The notes: generated from the sequence alone by a model not told the origin. A stretch of 64,000 nucleotides of DNA from an uncultured Holophaga sp. (GCA_963664825.1 OY761614.1:1632001-1696000), one strand, 5' to 3'. Positions 29,445 to 39,336 are shown, numbered from the stretch's first letter. Translations and numbers: made by a program.

Positions 29445-30775
29445 TCCAGCCCCCCTCCGAATCCAACCTGCGCGAGCAGATCCTCAATCTAGTGGGCCAG
29501 TACACCGAGCGATCCCTGGCGCCCAAACCCTTCGAACCCGATGCCACCATGGTGCCTCCGGCGGGCAAGGTCCTGGGGGCTCTGGAGATCCAGAACATGG
29601 TCGAGGCCGCCCTGGATGGTTGGCTCACCACGGGGCGCTTCAATGACGCCTTTGAAAAGAAGCTGGCGGCCTTCCTAGGTGTGCGCCACGTGATCACGGT
29701 CAATTCGGGCTCTTCGGCCAATCTGGTGGCCCTGGCCACCCTCACCTCGCCCAAGCTCGGGGAGCGCGCCCTGAAGCCGGGAGACGAAGTCATCACCGTG
29801 GCCGCGGGATTTCCCACCACGGTCAATCCCATCCTGCACTTCGGGCTGGTGCCGGTCTTCGTGGATGTCCACATTCCCACCTACAACATCGACCCCTGCC
29901 TCATCGAAGGCGCCATCACGCCCAAGACTAAGGCCATCATGATCGCCCACACCCTGGGCATCCCCTTCGATCTCACGGAAGTGATGCGATTGGCTCGGAA
30001 GCACGGACTCTGGGTGGTGGAGGACTGCTGCGATGCCCTCGGCTCCACCTACGAGGGGCGTCTGGTGGGCACCTTCGGGGATATCAGCACCCTCAGCTTC
30101 TACCCCGCCCATCACATCACCATGGGCGAAGGGGGAGCGGTGTTCACCCAGAATCCGGAGCTGAAGCGCATCGCCGAATCCTTCCGGGACTGGGGCCGGG
30201 ATTGCTGGTGCGCGCCGGGTTGCGACAACACCTGTCACAACCGCTTCGGCTGGCAGTTGGGAGAGCTTCCCCAGGGCTACGACCACAAGTACACCTACTC
30301 CCACGTGGGCTTCAATCTCAAGATCACGGATATGCAGGCCGCCTGTGGGCTGGCCCAGTTGGAACGCCTGCCTGGTTTCATCGAGGCCCGCAAGCGCAAT
30401 GCGGCCTTCCTCCAGGAGCACCTGGCCCCCCTCCGGGATTTCCTGGTCCTGCCCGAAGCGACTCCGGCCAGCGATCCCTCCTGGTTCGGGTTCCCCCTCA
30501 CCCTCCGGGAGGAATGCGGCCTCAGCCGGGTGGATCTCCTGAAGCATCTGGATCAGCATCGGATCGGCACCCGCCTGCTTTTCGGCGGCAACCTCACCCG
30601 GCAGCCCTACTTCCAGAACCAGCATTACCGCATCCATGGAACCCTGACGAACACGGACAGGATCATGAACCAGACTTTCTGGATCGGCGTCTTCCCGGGG
30701 CTTTCCAGGGAAGCCCTGGAGCATGTGGTGCGAGTCCTGAAGGGCTTCTTCGAGGCCCGGAAGACAGAGGGGTAG
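29441..30775 (+). CDS. rfbH: CDP-4-keto-6-deoxyglucose 3-dehydrase (E1, DdhC)
   Basis: [41 protein letters not shown] Fe-S motif, YDHKY. Confidence 0.95.
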   Translation: MIQPPSESNLREQILNLVGQYTERSLAPKPFEPDATMVPPAGKVLGALEIQNMVEAALDGWLTTGRFNDAFEKKLAAFLGVRHVITVNSGSSANLVALATLTSPKLGERALKPGDEVITVAAGFPTTVNPILHFGLVPVFVDVHIPTYNIDPCLIEGAITPKTKAIMIAHTLGIPFDLTEVMRLARKHGLWVVEDCCDALGSTYEGRLVGTFGDISTLSFYPAHHITMGEGGAVFTQNPELKRIAESFRDWGRDCWCAPGCDNTCHNRFGWQLGELPQGYDHKYTYSHVGFNLKITDMQAACGLAQLERLPGFIEARKRNAAFLQEHLAPLRDFLVLPEATPASDPSWFGFPLTLREECGLSRVDLLKHLDQHRIGTRLLFGGNLTRQPYFQNQHYRIHGTLTNTDRIMNQTFWIGVFPGLSREALEHVVRVLKGFFEARKTEG

Positions 30776-30779
30776 ATGG

Positions 30780-31820
30780 ATGACCGGGCCACTGGAGAGG
30801 GATCTGGAGGAGATCCTGGGCCTCACGGAGGCCCTGTGGCCCCGGCTCCGGGGTGCCCGGCTGCTCATCACCGGAGGCACGGGCTTCATGGGGTGCTGGC
30901 TGCTGGAGAGCCTTCTTCACGCCAACCGCCGCTTCCAGTTGGGGGTGGAGGCCGTGGTCCTGACCCGGGACCCCTCGGCCTTCGCGCGGAAGGTGCCCCA
31001 CTTGGCCCAGTCTCCCGCCATTCGATGCGTCCGGGGCGATGTGCTCCGATTCCCGGAGCTGGAGGGGGGATTCACCCATCTGATCCATGGCGCCACCGAC
31101 GCCAGCGCTAGGCTCCTTGAGGAAAACCCTCGCCTGATGTTCGACACCATCCTGACGGGCACACGGGGGGCGCTGGAATTCGCAGAGCGGAAGTCCGTCC
31201 AGCATGCGCTCTTCCTCAGCTCCGGCGCCGTCTATGGCCGCCAGCCTCCGGAACTGGAGCGTGTGCCGGAGGAATGGGCCGGGGGGCCGGATTGCGCCGA
31301 TCCCAGGGCTGCCTACGCCGAGGGCAAACGAGCCGCCGAGACCCTCTGCGCCATCTTCGCCCAGCGGCATGGGGTTCCAATCTCCATCGCCCGCTGCTTC
31401 GCCTTTGTGGGGCCCTATCTGCCCCTGGATGTCCACTTCGCCATCGGAAATTTCATCCGGGATGCCATGGCCGGGGGGCCCATTCAGGTGCTAGGGGATG
31501 GCACACCCTATCGCTCCTACCTCTACGCCACCGATCTCACGGCCTGGCTCTGGCATCTGCTGCTGCGGGGGGAGCCGGGGGTGGCCTTCAATGTGGGTTC
31601 AGAAGAGGCCCTCTCTATCGCCGAACTGGCTGGGGTGGTGGGCCGCACGGTGGGGGGCGTTGCCTTCCGGGTCCATGGTCATCCGGATCCAGATGCCAGG
31701 CCCGAACGCTACGTGCCCAGTGTGGGGCGCATCCGCTCTCGCCTGGGGCTCCGCCAGACCGTTTCCCTGGAAGAGGGCATTGCCCGCACGGTGGCTTGGC
31801 ACGGGGCCGCGTTACCATGA
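30780..31820 (+). CDS. NAD-dependent epimerase/dehydratase (extended SDR)
   Basis: TGGTGFMG, SSGAVYG, YAEGK, RSYLY. Confidence 0.9.
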   Translation: MTGPLERDLEEILGLTEALWPRLRGARLLITGGTGFMGCWLLESLLHANRRFQLGVEAVVLTRDPSAFARKVPHLAQSPAIRCVRGDVLRFPELEGGFTHLIHGATDASARLLEENPRLMFDTILTGTRGALEFAERKSVQHALFLSSGAVYGRQPPELERVPEEWAGGPDCADPRAAYAEGKRAAETLCAIFAQRHGVPISIARCFAFVGPYLPLDVHFAIGNFIRDAMAGGPIQVLGDGTPYRSYLYATDLTAWLWHLLLRGEPGVAFNVGSEEALSIAELAGVVGRTVGGVAFRVHGHPDPDARPERYVPSVGRIRSRLGLRQTVSLEEGIARTVAWHGAALP

Positions 31821-31871
31821 CCTCGTCTTTCCCCCCTTGGCCTTTTCCTTTTCCTCCCCGGTCCTGAATCC

Positions 31872-33329
31872 ATGACAGCATCCCCTGCCAACCCCTCCAT
31901 CCTGATCCTGGAAGACGAAGCCAGCTTCCGGGAAGTCATGCAGCTGGGTCTGTCTCCCCGTGGCTTCGACCCCGTGACGGTAGGCACCCTCCAGGGGGCC
32001 AAGGACCTCTTGAAGGAGCGCCGCTTCGATGCGGTCGTATCGGATCTGCGCCTGAAGGATGGCAGTGGCATCGAGCTCCTCCTCTGGATGAAGGAACAGG
32101 CCATCGAGACGCCCGTGGTGATCATGACCGCCTTCGCCACCACGGAGACCACGGTGCAGGCCCTGAACCTGGGGGCCGTGGATTTCTTGACCAAGGCCAA
32201 GAACGATCTCCAGGAACTCACGAAGGTCCTCAAGGGGCTCTTCGCCGTCCAAGCCTTTCCCGCGAACTCGGAGGTCCATGAATTGGGGGACCTCGTGGGC
32301 GTGGGCGACACCATGCGGAAGGTCCAGGCCTTTGTGGGCAAGGTGGCCCTGGCCGATATCACCGTGCTCATCACCGGCGAGAGCGGCACGGGCAAGGAGA
32401 TCGTGGCTCGGCTCATCCACCGCTATTCAGAGCGGGCGCGGGGGCCCTTCGTCCCCGTGAACGTCGGAGCTCTCCCGGAAAGCCTGCTGGAATCCGAACT
32501 CTTCGGCTATGAGAAGGGGGCCTTCACCGGCGCCAATTCCACCAAGCGCGGCCTCTTCGAGGAGGCCCAAGGGGGAGTGATCTTCCTGGATGAGATCGGG
32601 GAGATGCCCCTGCAGCTCCAGGTGAAGCTGCTGCGGGTGCTCCAGGAACGCCGCATCCGGCGCCTGGGCGCCAACGAGGAACGGGCCGTGGATGTGCGCG
32701 TGATATGCGCCACCAACCAGAATCTCCGTCAGCGGGCCGAGCAGAACGAGTTTCGGCAGGATCTCTACTATCGCCTCAACATCCTGCATATCGAACTGCC
32801 TCCCCTTCGGGAACGCCCGGAGGATCTGCCGGTGCTGGTGGAGCACTTCCTCTCCCGCTCCTGCCACAAGCTGGGCAAGCCGCCCATGACGCTCTCGGTC
32901 GAGGCCTTCGAGGTGCTGGGCAAGTACGGCTTCCGCGGCAATGTGCGGGAATTGGAAAATCTCATGGAGCGCTGCGTGGCCCTGAACGCCGGAGGGCCCA
33001 TCGGCATCGATCTCTTTCCCGAGAACATCCTGGCTGAAGCCGAGGGCCGGGGCGATCGGAACTCCTTCGCGCCCCTGTGCCTGGAGATTCCTGCGGAGGG
33101 CTTCGATCTGGAGGCCTACCTGGGCAGTCTCAAGAGTCATCTCATGTTCAAGGCCCTGGAGCGCTGCGAGGGCAACCGCACCCGGGCTGCTCGTCTCCTG
33201 GGCATGAGCTTCCGGGCCTTCCGCTACTGGGTCCAGGAACTGGGAGGCACAGAGGCGCTCGCCACGGCCTTCCCGTGCCCCGAGAACCATCCCGCCAAGG
33301 CGCCTCCCGAACTCGACGCAGAGGGATGA
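31872..33329 (+). CDS. Sigma54-dependent response regulator (PilR/NtrC family)
   Basis: Receiver domain (SDLRL), GESGTGKE, GAFTGA, FLDEIGE, GNVRELEN, C-terminal Fis-type HTH. Confidence 0.93.
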   Translation: MTASPANPSILILEDEASFREVMQLGLSPRGFDPVTVGTLQGAKDLLKERRFDAVVSDLRLKDGSGIELLLWMKEQAIETPVVIMTAFATTETTVQALNLGAVDFLTKAKNDLQELTKVLKGLFAVQAFPANSEVHELGDLVGVGDTMRKVQAFVGKVALADITVLITGESGTGKEIVARLIHRYSERARGPFVPVNVGALPESLLESELFGYEKGAFTGANSTKRGLFEEAQGGVIFLDEIGEMPLQLQVKLLRVLQERRIRRLGANEERAVDVRVICATNQNLRQRAEQNEFRQDLYYRLNILHIELPPLRERPEDLPVLVEHFLSRSCHKLGKPPMTLSVEAFEVLGKYGFRGNVRELENLMERCVALNAGGPIGIDLFPENILAEAEGRGDRNSFAPLCLEIPAEGFDLEAYLGSLKSHLMFKALERCEGNRTRAARLLGMSFRAFRYWVQELGGTEALATAFPCPENHPAKAPPELDAEG

Positions 33330-33426
33330 TCCCTTGTAAATTCCGTCATCAATGGCATACTGAAATGCTCGGGTAGATGCGTACCCTGCCTGATCTTTTT
33401 TTACCTATCTCCCTCCTGGGGCTCCC

Positions 33427-33888
33427 ATGCGCCAATTTCGACAGAAAGGCTTCTCGCTGCTCGAACTGCTCGTCGCCATGACGATTTTGGCGGTGATCGG
33501 GACCATTGGCTTCGTCCAGTTCAAGAAGAACACTGCCCAGGCCAGGCACATCAAGGCTCAGAGCTACATTGATGTCGTGGGTGGAGGCCTGGATAACTAC
33601 TACCTGAAGCACGGTGTTTTTCCGGATTTGGGCAGTTTCGAGGCCATGGTTGAAGCCAATTCCCCGCTGGTTAAGCAAGACTTGATTCCTCCGAACACAC
33701 CCTCCAAGGATCCCTGGGGCCAGCCCTTCGAGGGGGTCTCGGCAAAGGGCAATTACACGCTGAAATGCCTTGGTGACCCCACCCATCAGGAGGAATACGG
33801 GCCAATAACGAGGACGCCGGGTGCGTACTCTGGTTCGACTTCGCCCGAAGCCCCCGCCCCAGCCCCTGGTGGAGAGGCACCTAAATGA
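33427..33888 (+). CDS. Type II secretion pseudopilin (GspG-like) / prepilin
   Basis: KG|FSLLELL N-methylation motif; DPWG motif typical of GspG. Confidence 0.85.
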   Translation: MRQFRQKGFSLLELLVAMTILAVIGTIGFVQFKKNTAQARHIKAQSYIDVVGGGLDNYYLKHGVFPDLGSFEAMVEANSPLVKQDLIPPNTPSKDPWGQPFEGVSAKGNYTLKCLGDPTHQEEYGPITRTPGAYSGSTSPEAPAPAPGGEAPK

Positions 33889-34442
33889 TCGAGCTGGCTA
33901 AGCTCGGCGCCGAAGGCGTCCGCCTGGAGGGAGTCGAAGCCCTGTTGCCCCTGGAGGGCAAGGAGGGTCTTCGTGATCTCCATTGGAGCCTCTTCGCGCT
34001 GCCCTCGGGCGAGGATGTGTTCCTGGAAATCCGCGGGAAGGCGATCTGGGATTGCACCTGTTCCCGCTGCCTGGAACCCTTCGATCAGCCCCTTGAATTC
34101 ACGAGCCAGTTCCTGGGGAGCAAGGATCCCGATCTAGTGGCCCGGGGCTCCCATGCCCTCGGCACTCAGGATCTGGATGTGGTCTTCCTGCCCGAGACCG
34201 AACTCGACGAACTCTCCCTGGTGCGCGAACAGTCCCTGCTTCAACTGCCCATGCACCCCCTCTGCAAAGAGGAATGTCAGGGACTCTGTCCCAGATGTGG
34301 TAAAAATTGGAACAAGGGGCGCTGCAATTGCCCCCCTGAGGCGCCGAAAGAACCCAGCGCACTCGCCAAGGCTCTCTCCGGGTTGAATCTGGTTTTTGAC
34401 AACCCTTCCCCAGATGCCGAGAAACTCGACCTGGAATCCTGA
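33885..34442 (+). CDS. yceD: DUF177 / YceD 23S rRNA accumulation protein
   Basis: CSRCL, PMHPLC..CQGLCPRCG; directly upstream of rpmF. Confidence 0.9.
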   Translation: MIELAKLGAEGVRLEGVEALLPLEGKEGLRDLHWSLFALPSGEDVFLEIRGKAIWDCTCSRCLEPFDQPLEFTSQFLGSKDPDLVARGSHALGTQDLDVVFLPETELDELSLVREQSLLQLPMHPLCKEECQGLCPRCGKNWNKGRCNCPPEAPKEPSALAKALSGLNLVFDNPSPDAEKLDLES

Positions 34443-34466
34443 AAACCGACACCATACGAGGTCCCC

Positions 34467-34652
34467 ATGCCGAATCCTAAGCGCCGCCACTCCCGCGCCC
34501 GTCGTGACCGTCGGCGCACCCACGACTCCCTGGACACCATGAGCTCCAGCACCTGCCCGAACTGCGGCGTAGCCAAGCTGCCCCATCGCGTGTGCCCCTC
34601 TTGCGGGTTCTACCGCGGCAAGCAGGCGGTCCGGACTCAGCAGACGGTCTGA
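34467..34652 (+). CDS. rpmF: 50S ribosomal protein L32
   Basis: MPNPKRRHSRARRDRRR...CPNCG..LPHRVCPSCGFYRG. Confidence 0.97.
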   Translation: MPNPKRRHSRARRDRRRTHDSLDTMSSSTCPNCGVAKLPHRVCPSCGFYRGKQAVRTQQTV

Positions 34653-34660
34653 GCAGCCGG

Positions 34661-35713
34661 GTGGACACTCCCTCGGTCTATCGAATTGCACTGGACGCGA
34701 TGGGGGGCGATCATGCCCCTCGCGCCACGCTGGACGGGGCTAAGCTCGCCCTGACGCAGCACGAGGATCTCTTCCTCCTGCTCGTCGGCGACGAGGGGAA
34801 GCTGCGCCCGCTCCTCAAGCACCATGGAATCATCGGTGAACTGGCCGAGCGCGTGGAGATCGTCCATGCGGATTCCGTGGTCACCATGGAAGACAAGCCG
34901 ACTTCCGTCCTCAAGGACAAGAAGGATAGTTCCATCCGCGTCGCCACTCAGCTTGTGCGCGAGGGCAGGGCCGATGGCGTGGTGAGCATGGGGAATACCG
35001 GGGCCGCCATGGTGGCCTCCGTCATGGTCATCGGCACCCTGGATGGCGTGGACCGGCCCTGTCTGGCCAATGCCATGCCCAACATGAAGGGGCGCCCCAC
35101 GGTGCTCCTGGATGTGGGCGCCAATGTGGACAGCAAGCCCGAGCACGTGGCCCAGTTCGCCCTCATGGGCGCCGTCTATGCCGAGGAAGTGCTCGGCGTG
35201 AAGCACCCGCGCATCGGCCTGCTCAGCGTCGGCGAAGAGGACACCAAGGGCAACGAGACCACCCGTGCCGCCGCTCAGATCCTCAGGGGGATCGATATCA
35301 ATTTCGTGGGCAACGCCGAAGGCCGGGATATCTGGAACGGCACCTTCGATGTGGTGGCCTGCGATGGTTTCGTGGGGAACGTGGTGCTCAAGTCCTCCGA
35401 GTCCTTGGCCGAGGGCATCATGCGGGGGCTCAAGGAGAGCCTCAACCAGAGCTTCCGGGCCAAGGTGGGAGGCCTCCTCGCCAAGAACGCCATGAAGAGC
35501 TTCATCAAGAGGCTCGACTACGCGGAATACGGCGGCGCTCCCCTCCTGGGCGTGAAGGGCGTCTCCATCATCGGTCATGGCCGCAGCGATGGTCGGGCCG
35601 TGGCCAGCGCCATCCGCGCCGCGCTTCGTGCCTGTGAACACCGGGTGAATGAGAACATCCAGACTTCCCTCCGCCGAATGCTGCCCACGGTCCCCAGCGG
35701 CGAAGGGCGCTGA
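34661..35713 (+). CDS. plsX: Phosphate acyltransferase
   Basis: ALDAMGGDHAP, GNTGA, LDVGAN, DGFVGNVVLK, YGGAPLLG, HGRS; GTG start approximate. Confidence 0.95.
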   Translation: MDTPSVYRIALDAMGGDHAPRATLDGAKLALTQHEDLFLLLVGDEGKLRPLLKHHGIIGELAERVEIVHADSVVTMEDKPTSVLKDKKDSSIRVATQLVREGRADGVVSMGNTGAAMVASVMVIGTLDGVDRPCLANAMPNMKGRPTVLLDVGANVDSKPEHVAQFALMGAVYAEEVLGVKHPRIGLLSVGEEDTKGNETTRAAAQILRGIDINFVGNAEGRDIWNGTFDVVACDGFVGNVVLKSSESLAEGIMRGLKESLNQSFRAKVGGLLAKNAMKSFIKRLDYAEYGGAPLLGVKGVSIIGHGRSDGRAVASAIRAALRACEHRVNENIQTSLRRMLPTVPSGEGR

Positions 35714-35733
35714 ATTTGCTTTAGTCATGTGTG

Positions 35734-35763
35734 AAACCCCGGTCCCCGTGCCGGGGTTTTTTT
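35734..35763 (+). terminator. Intrinsic terminator after plsX
   Basis: aaaccccgg-tccccgtg-ccggggttt followed by a T run. Confidence 0.8.
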
Positions 35764-35791
35764 GAAACAATCGCTACAATCCGGAGTCTCC

Positions 35792-36496
35792 ATGAAGTTC
35801 AAGCGCATCCTCCTGAAGCTATCCGGCGAGGCCCTCATGGGCGCACAGGCAGGCGGCATCGATCCCGCGGTGGTCACGATGGTCGCCAACCAGGTGAAGG
35901 CCATCCAGGAGTTGGGCGTTGAAATCGGTCTGGTGATCGGCGGGGGCAATATCTTCCGCGGCGTGGCCGGGGCCACCAAGGGCATGGACCGGGTCACGGG
36001 GGACCACATGGGCATGCTGGCCACCATGATCAACGCCCTGGCCCTCCAGGACTCCCTGGAACAGAAGGGTGTCCAGACCCGGGTCATGAGCGGCATCGAG
36101 ATGCCCAAGATCTCCGAAAGCTACATCCGGCGCCGGGCCGTCCGCCATCTGGAAAAGGGCCGCGTCGTCATCTTCGGCGCGGGTACGGGCAATCCATACT
36201 TCTCCACCGACACAGCCGCCGCTCTGCGGGCCAACGAGATCGCGGCCCAGGTGGTGATGAAGGCCACCAACGTCGATGGCGTCTACAGTGCCGACCCCAA
36301 GAAGGACCCCACGGCCACCAAGTACGACCGGGTGGGCTACCAGGAGGTTCTGGAGAGGGGCCTGAAGGTCATGGATGCCGCGGCCATCGCCCTCTGCATG
36401 GAAAACAAGCTGCCCATCCTGGTCTTCAGCATGGCGGAGCCGGGTAACCTGCTGGCCGCCGTGGAGGGCAAGGTCATCGGGACGCTCGTGGGCTGA
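35792..36496 (+). CDS. pyrH: UMP kinase
   Basis: [37 protein letters not shown]. Confidence 0.97.
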   Translation: MKFKRILLKLSGEALMGAQAGGIDPAVVTMVANQVKAIQELGVEIGLVIGGGNIFRGVAGATKGMDRVTGDHMGMLATMINALALQDSLEQKGVQTRVMSGIEMPKISESYIRRRAVRHLEKGRVVIFGAGTGNPYFSTDTAAALRANEIAAQVVMKATNVDGVYSADPKKDPTATKYDRVGYQEVLERGLKVMDAAAIALCMENKLPILVFSMAEPGNLLAAVEGKVIGTLVG

Positions 36497-36694
36497 GCCC
36501 TTCCGCCCCCAGTGCACGTCCACGGTCTTCACGCCGTGCGTCTCGCAGCGGCAGCGAGGCACCTGGGCCGTGAGATAGGCCGCGTGCTGAAAGAAGTCAG
36601 GGTGCCGCCAGGTCTTCTCCTCTATGTCGTGGGCCTTGCTCGGCTCCCCGCACTCGGGACACGGGAAGGAAGCCCCCTGTTGGAAGTCCAGCCG
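36497..36694 (-). mobile_element. ISL3-family transposase fragment (zinc-finger region)
   Basis: RLDFQQG..FPCPECG....HD....TWRH.DFFQH..YL.A.VPR..C..HGV; no start and no catalytic domain; abuts the pyrH stop. Confidence 0.85.
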
Positions 36695-36870
36695 CGTGGA
36701 TGCACTGGAGCTATCCGGCCCCGGTGACGCCGGTTGGCAGACCCACACCCGAAATTGGGCGCTTTGGCTTGAGCCGCATGGTACTCACGTGCGCCCAAAT
36801 TCGGATTTCAGTGTACGACGCTCTGATTGCGCTCTGCTGTCGGAATGACATGCTCGGGGTGTTTATGGGG

Positions 36871-36900
36871 TTGACCAACAAAGGAGGCATAACCTAAAAT
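36871..36900 (+). promoter_or_regulatory. Candidate sigma70 promoter for the peptide gene
   Basis: TTGACC-N18-TAAAAT, 23 nt before the ATG at 36924. Confidence 0.45.
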
Positions 36901-36923
36901 TAATCCCCAACCAAGGAGGCCTC

Positions 36924-37103
36924 ATGGCCAAGCTTATTCTCAATCACAACTTCAAGCGTGTTGACCCCACGACGCTTAATAAAATGGTCACTGGTGGTAG
37001 CTTTTGCGATGTCCTGGCGGAGTCGCGGATGACTGCTGCAAGACAAGGTGACAACGTGCGCCATACTTTTTTGTGTCACATGTATGTCACTCTCTGCCAA
37101 TAA
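36924..37103 (+). CDS. Double-glycine-leader precursor peptide, 59 aa (RiPP/bacteriocin-like)
   Basis: AAGGAGG RBS (36913-36919). Translation MAKLILNHNFKRVDPTTLNKMVTGG|SFCDVLAESRMTAARQGDNVRHTFLCHMYVTLCQ. Has its own terminator and lies near C39 exporter genes; below the ORF-track size cut-off. Confidence 0.8.
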   Translation: MAKLILNHNFKRVDPTTLNKMVTGGSFCDVLAESRMTAARQGDNVRHTFLCHMYVTLCQ

Positions 37104-37131
37104 TAGGTAAATATTGATTGTGTTTTGTGTG

Positions 37132-37162
37132 CCGCCTGAGATATTCTCGGGCGGTTTGTTTG
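37132..37162 (+). terminator. Intrinsic terminator after the peptide gene
   Basis: ccgcctgaga-tat-tctcgggcgg followed by tttgtttg. Confidence 0.75.
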
Positions 37163-37170
37163 TGTCCGGT

Positions 37171-37253
37171 GTCGACAAATGGTGCCTATCTTTTTGCACA
37201 ATATCACCATGTGCAAGAGGACCTTCGAAGAGATGGTCGAATCCGGGAGGCGA
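37171..37253 (+). mobile_element. Degenerate 5' remnant of an IS1595-like element
   Basis: 37209-37253 matches the reverse complement of 40094-40138 at 33/45 nt (MCKRTFEEMVESGR vs MRKEAFEGMLESVGR), with weaker similarity upstream. Confidence 0.55.
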
Positions 37254-37707
37254 GCCTTGAGGTCTGGATCACTCGTGTTCCGCGGCTCGGGCACTTACTG
37301 CCCCTGAGGTGGCGATTCTGAAATTCTGGCACCGAACAGGCCCATGCGGTTCGACCTCGGCACGGAATATTACAGAAATTTTCAAAATTAATAACTCAAA
37401 AAAACATGTATCTCGAGCTTTAGGCGTAGAGCTAATTGGGTCGATTTAAATTAATTGATCCGGTGGCTATGGAAATATGACTATTCCCATGTCAGTCTTG
37501 GGTTCTTTGATTGTCAACTTTCCGCCAAATTAATTGATTTCCTTGCTGCTGGTTGGTATATTACTGTTTATTGCTACCCAATAGGATGATTCGTTAGTGA
37601 TTATCGTTGATGTTACCAATGACAAGGTTTTATCTGTAATAAGTATAGATTTGGATAAGGTTGAATTCTCGAATTGACGAAAGGTATTTTCTCGGGGTAA
37701 ATAGATA

Positions 37708-39336
37708 ATGAACAAATATGATGTCCAGATTGTTGATGTGGTTGATCACCTCTTAGGGCATCTTGGACTATACAAGAAAAAAAAAGATGTGTTTTACGAT
37801 TTAATGTGTCATCCTCGATTCCCTTCGATTTTATCCATTGTGGATACCTTGAAATTATGGGGCATTTCAAGTGACGCCTACTATTTTCAGGTCGATAAAG
37901 ATCTTGATGGAGAATTACCAGGGATTGCGAGATTGAAAACCGATGATTTTGTAGCAATTCACAGCATAAAAAATAATTGTGTAACTTACTGGCACCCGAA
38001 GCATGGGACATGCATACATGGAGCTGACAAGTTTGAATTTCTCAGAGAAGTAATATTGGTTGACAAGTGTGATGTGAGTAGGATAAAACCAATTGGTTCA
38101 CTCGGTAATGTTTTAGATTACAAGTTTATTAGCGTTTATGCTGTATTAGCGCTGTTGGCTCCTTTTGTATTGGTGTCGGGATATTTTACAAAATACTGGC
38201 TTGCATTTTTATTAGTCTTATTGACTGAGATCGTGTTAAGTCTGATTTTGTATCTTTCACAATTTTCAGATAGAGGTTCGCCAGGATATTTGTGCCCAAC
38301 TAATCGGTTCTTTGATTGTTCCTCGGTTATAAATTCTCCAGCAGGGGAACTATTTGGTAAGCCCATGAGCGAGTGGGGAATCATAATATTTGGTGGTTGT
38401 CTTTTGACGGTATTTATAGCATCTATACTTAAGGTTCTGCCAGATATAATCCCTTGGCTAATGTTGGAGCACCTTCTGATATTGTTATATTGTATGTATT
38501 TAATTTTGTACCAAAGCGTAGTTATTAAGAAGTGGTGTATTTTGTGTTGTATTGTGCATGGGCTAATTGCATCGAATTTATTCCTATTGGTAAGTATTTT
38601 ACAACATCAGCAACGATCTGATCGTTTTTTTATTGCAAAAGTATCAATAAGCATGGTTGCGGGAGTGTGCTATTCGTTTATCGTCTGGTCGATGTATAAA
38701 AAAATTATCAACATGTTGCATGACAATAGGCAAAATAAAATTGAACTATTGCGAGTCAGGCGCGATCCGACATATATCGAAAGTTTGATTTCCAGCGAGG
38801 TACCTCTCCGGATCGATCGATTTCATCGAGAATTGATCTGGGGTGATCCAATAGCACCGAGGACAATTACAATTGTAATAGGTCTTGGGTGCCGCTACTG
38901 CAGGAACTTAGTAGAAGCTCTGGATAAACTTGTTATGTCTGAATTTAAAAATTACAAAATTTTCGTAAGATTCATAGGACAAGAGGATGGTTCGCGTATT
39001 ACTTTGAACGATTCTGTGGTATTGCGTTTAATAGAAATATCTATGCATAACGGCGGGGCTCAGGCAATGCAGGCGCTGATGGATTATTATTCAATGCAAA
39101 CAAATGTTAAAAATAAATATTTATATACGTGGTTGGAAAAGTATAACCTAAATTATGCTGATATCTCTAGAGAGGCGCATGCGTTGTATAAGCAACACAA
39201 TAAATGGCGCAATGATATGGGAATAGTTGAAGTGCCTACGGTATTGATTGATGGGGTAGCTTTGCCTAAAAATATTCCACAAATAGATGCAATATATTAT
39301 ATTCTAAAAAAAGATAGAGAAATTATCGGGGGTTAA
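37708..39336 (+). CDS. C39-peptidase-like + VKOR + thioredoxin-domain membrane protein
   Basis: N-terminal HPRFPSILSIVDTL; VKOR loop cysteines LCPTNRFFDCSSV and TM CxxC WCILC; C-terminal GCRYC and VPTVLIDG; AT-rich codon usage. Confidence 0.85.
   Translation: MNKYDVQIVDVVDHLLGHLGLYKKKKDVFYDLMCHPRFPSILSIVDTLKLWGISSDAYYFQVDKDLDGELPGIARLKTDDFVAIHSIKNNCVTYWHPKHGTCIHGADKFEFLREVILVDKCDVSRIKPIGSLGNVLDYKFISVYAVLALLAPFVLVSGYFTKYWLAFLLVLLTEIVLSLILYLSQFSDRGSPGYLCPTNRFFDCSSVINSPAGELFGKPMSEWGIIIFGGCLLTVFIASILKVLPDIIPWLMLEHLLILLYCMYLILYQSVVIKKWCILCCIVHGLIASNLFLLVSILQHQQRSDRFFIAKVSISMVAGVCYSFIVWSMYKKIINMLHDNRQNKIELLRVRRDPTYIESLISSEVPLRIDRFHRELIWGDPIAPRTITIVIGLGCRYCRNLVEALDKLVMSEFKNYKIFVRFIGQEDGSRITLNDSVVLRLIEISMHNGGAQAMQALMDYYSMQTNVKNKYLYTWLEKYNLNYADISREAHALYKQHNKWRNDMGIVEVPTVLIDGVALPKNIPQIDAIYYILKKDREIIGG

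Noticed and set aside
33353..33369. Sigma54-like promoter tggcatactgaaatgct upstream of the pseudopilin
   Set aside because: The GG-to-GC spacing is 11 nt rather than the required 10.
35819..36748. 309-aa minus-strand ORF as a full transposase
   Set aside because: Only about 65 aa are ISL3-like; the rest is antisense to pyrH.
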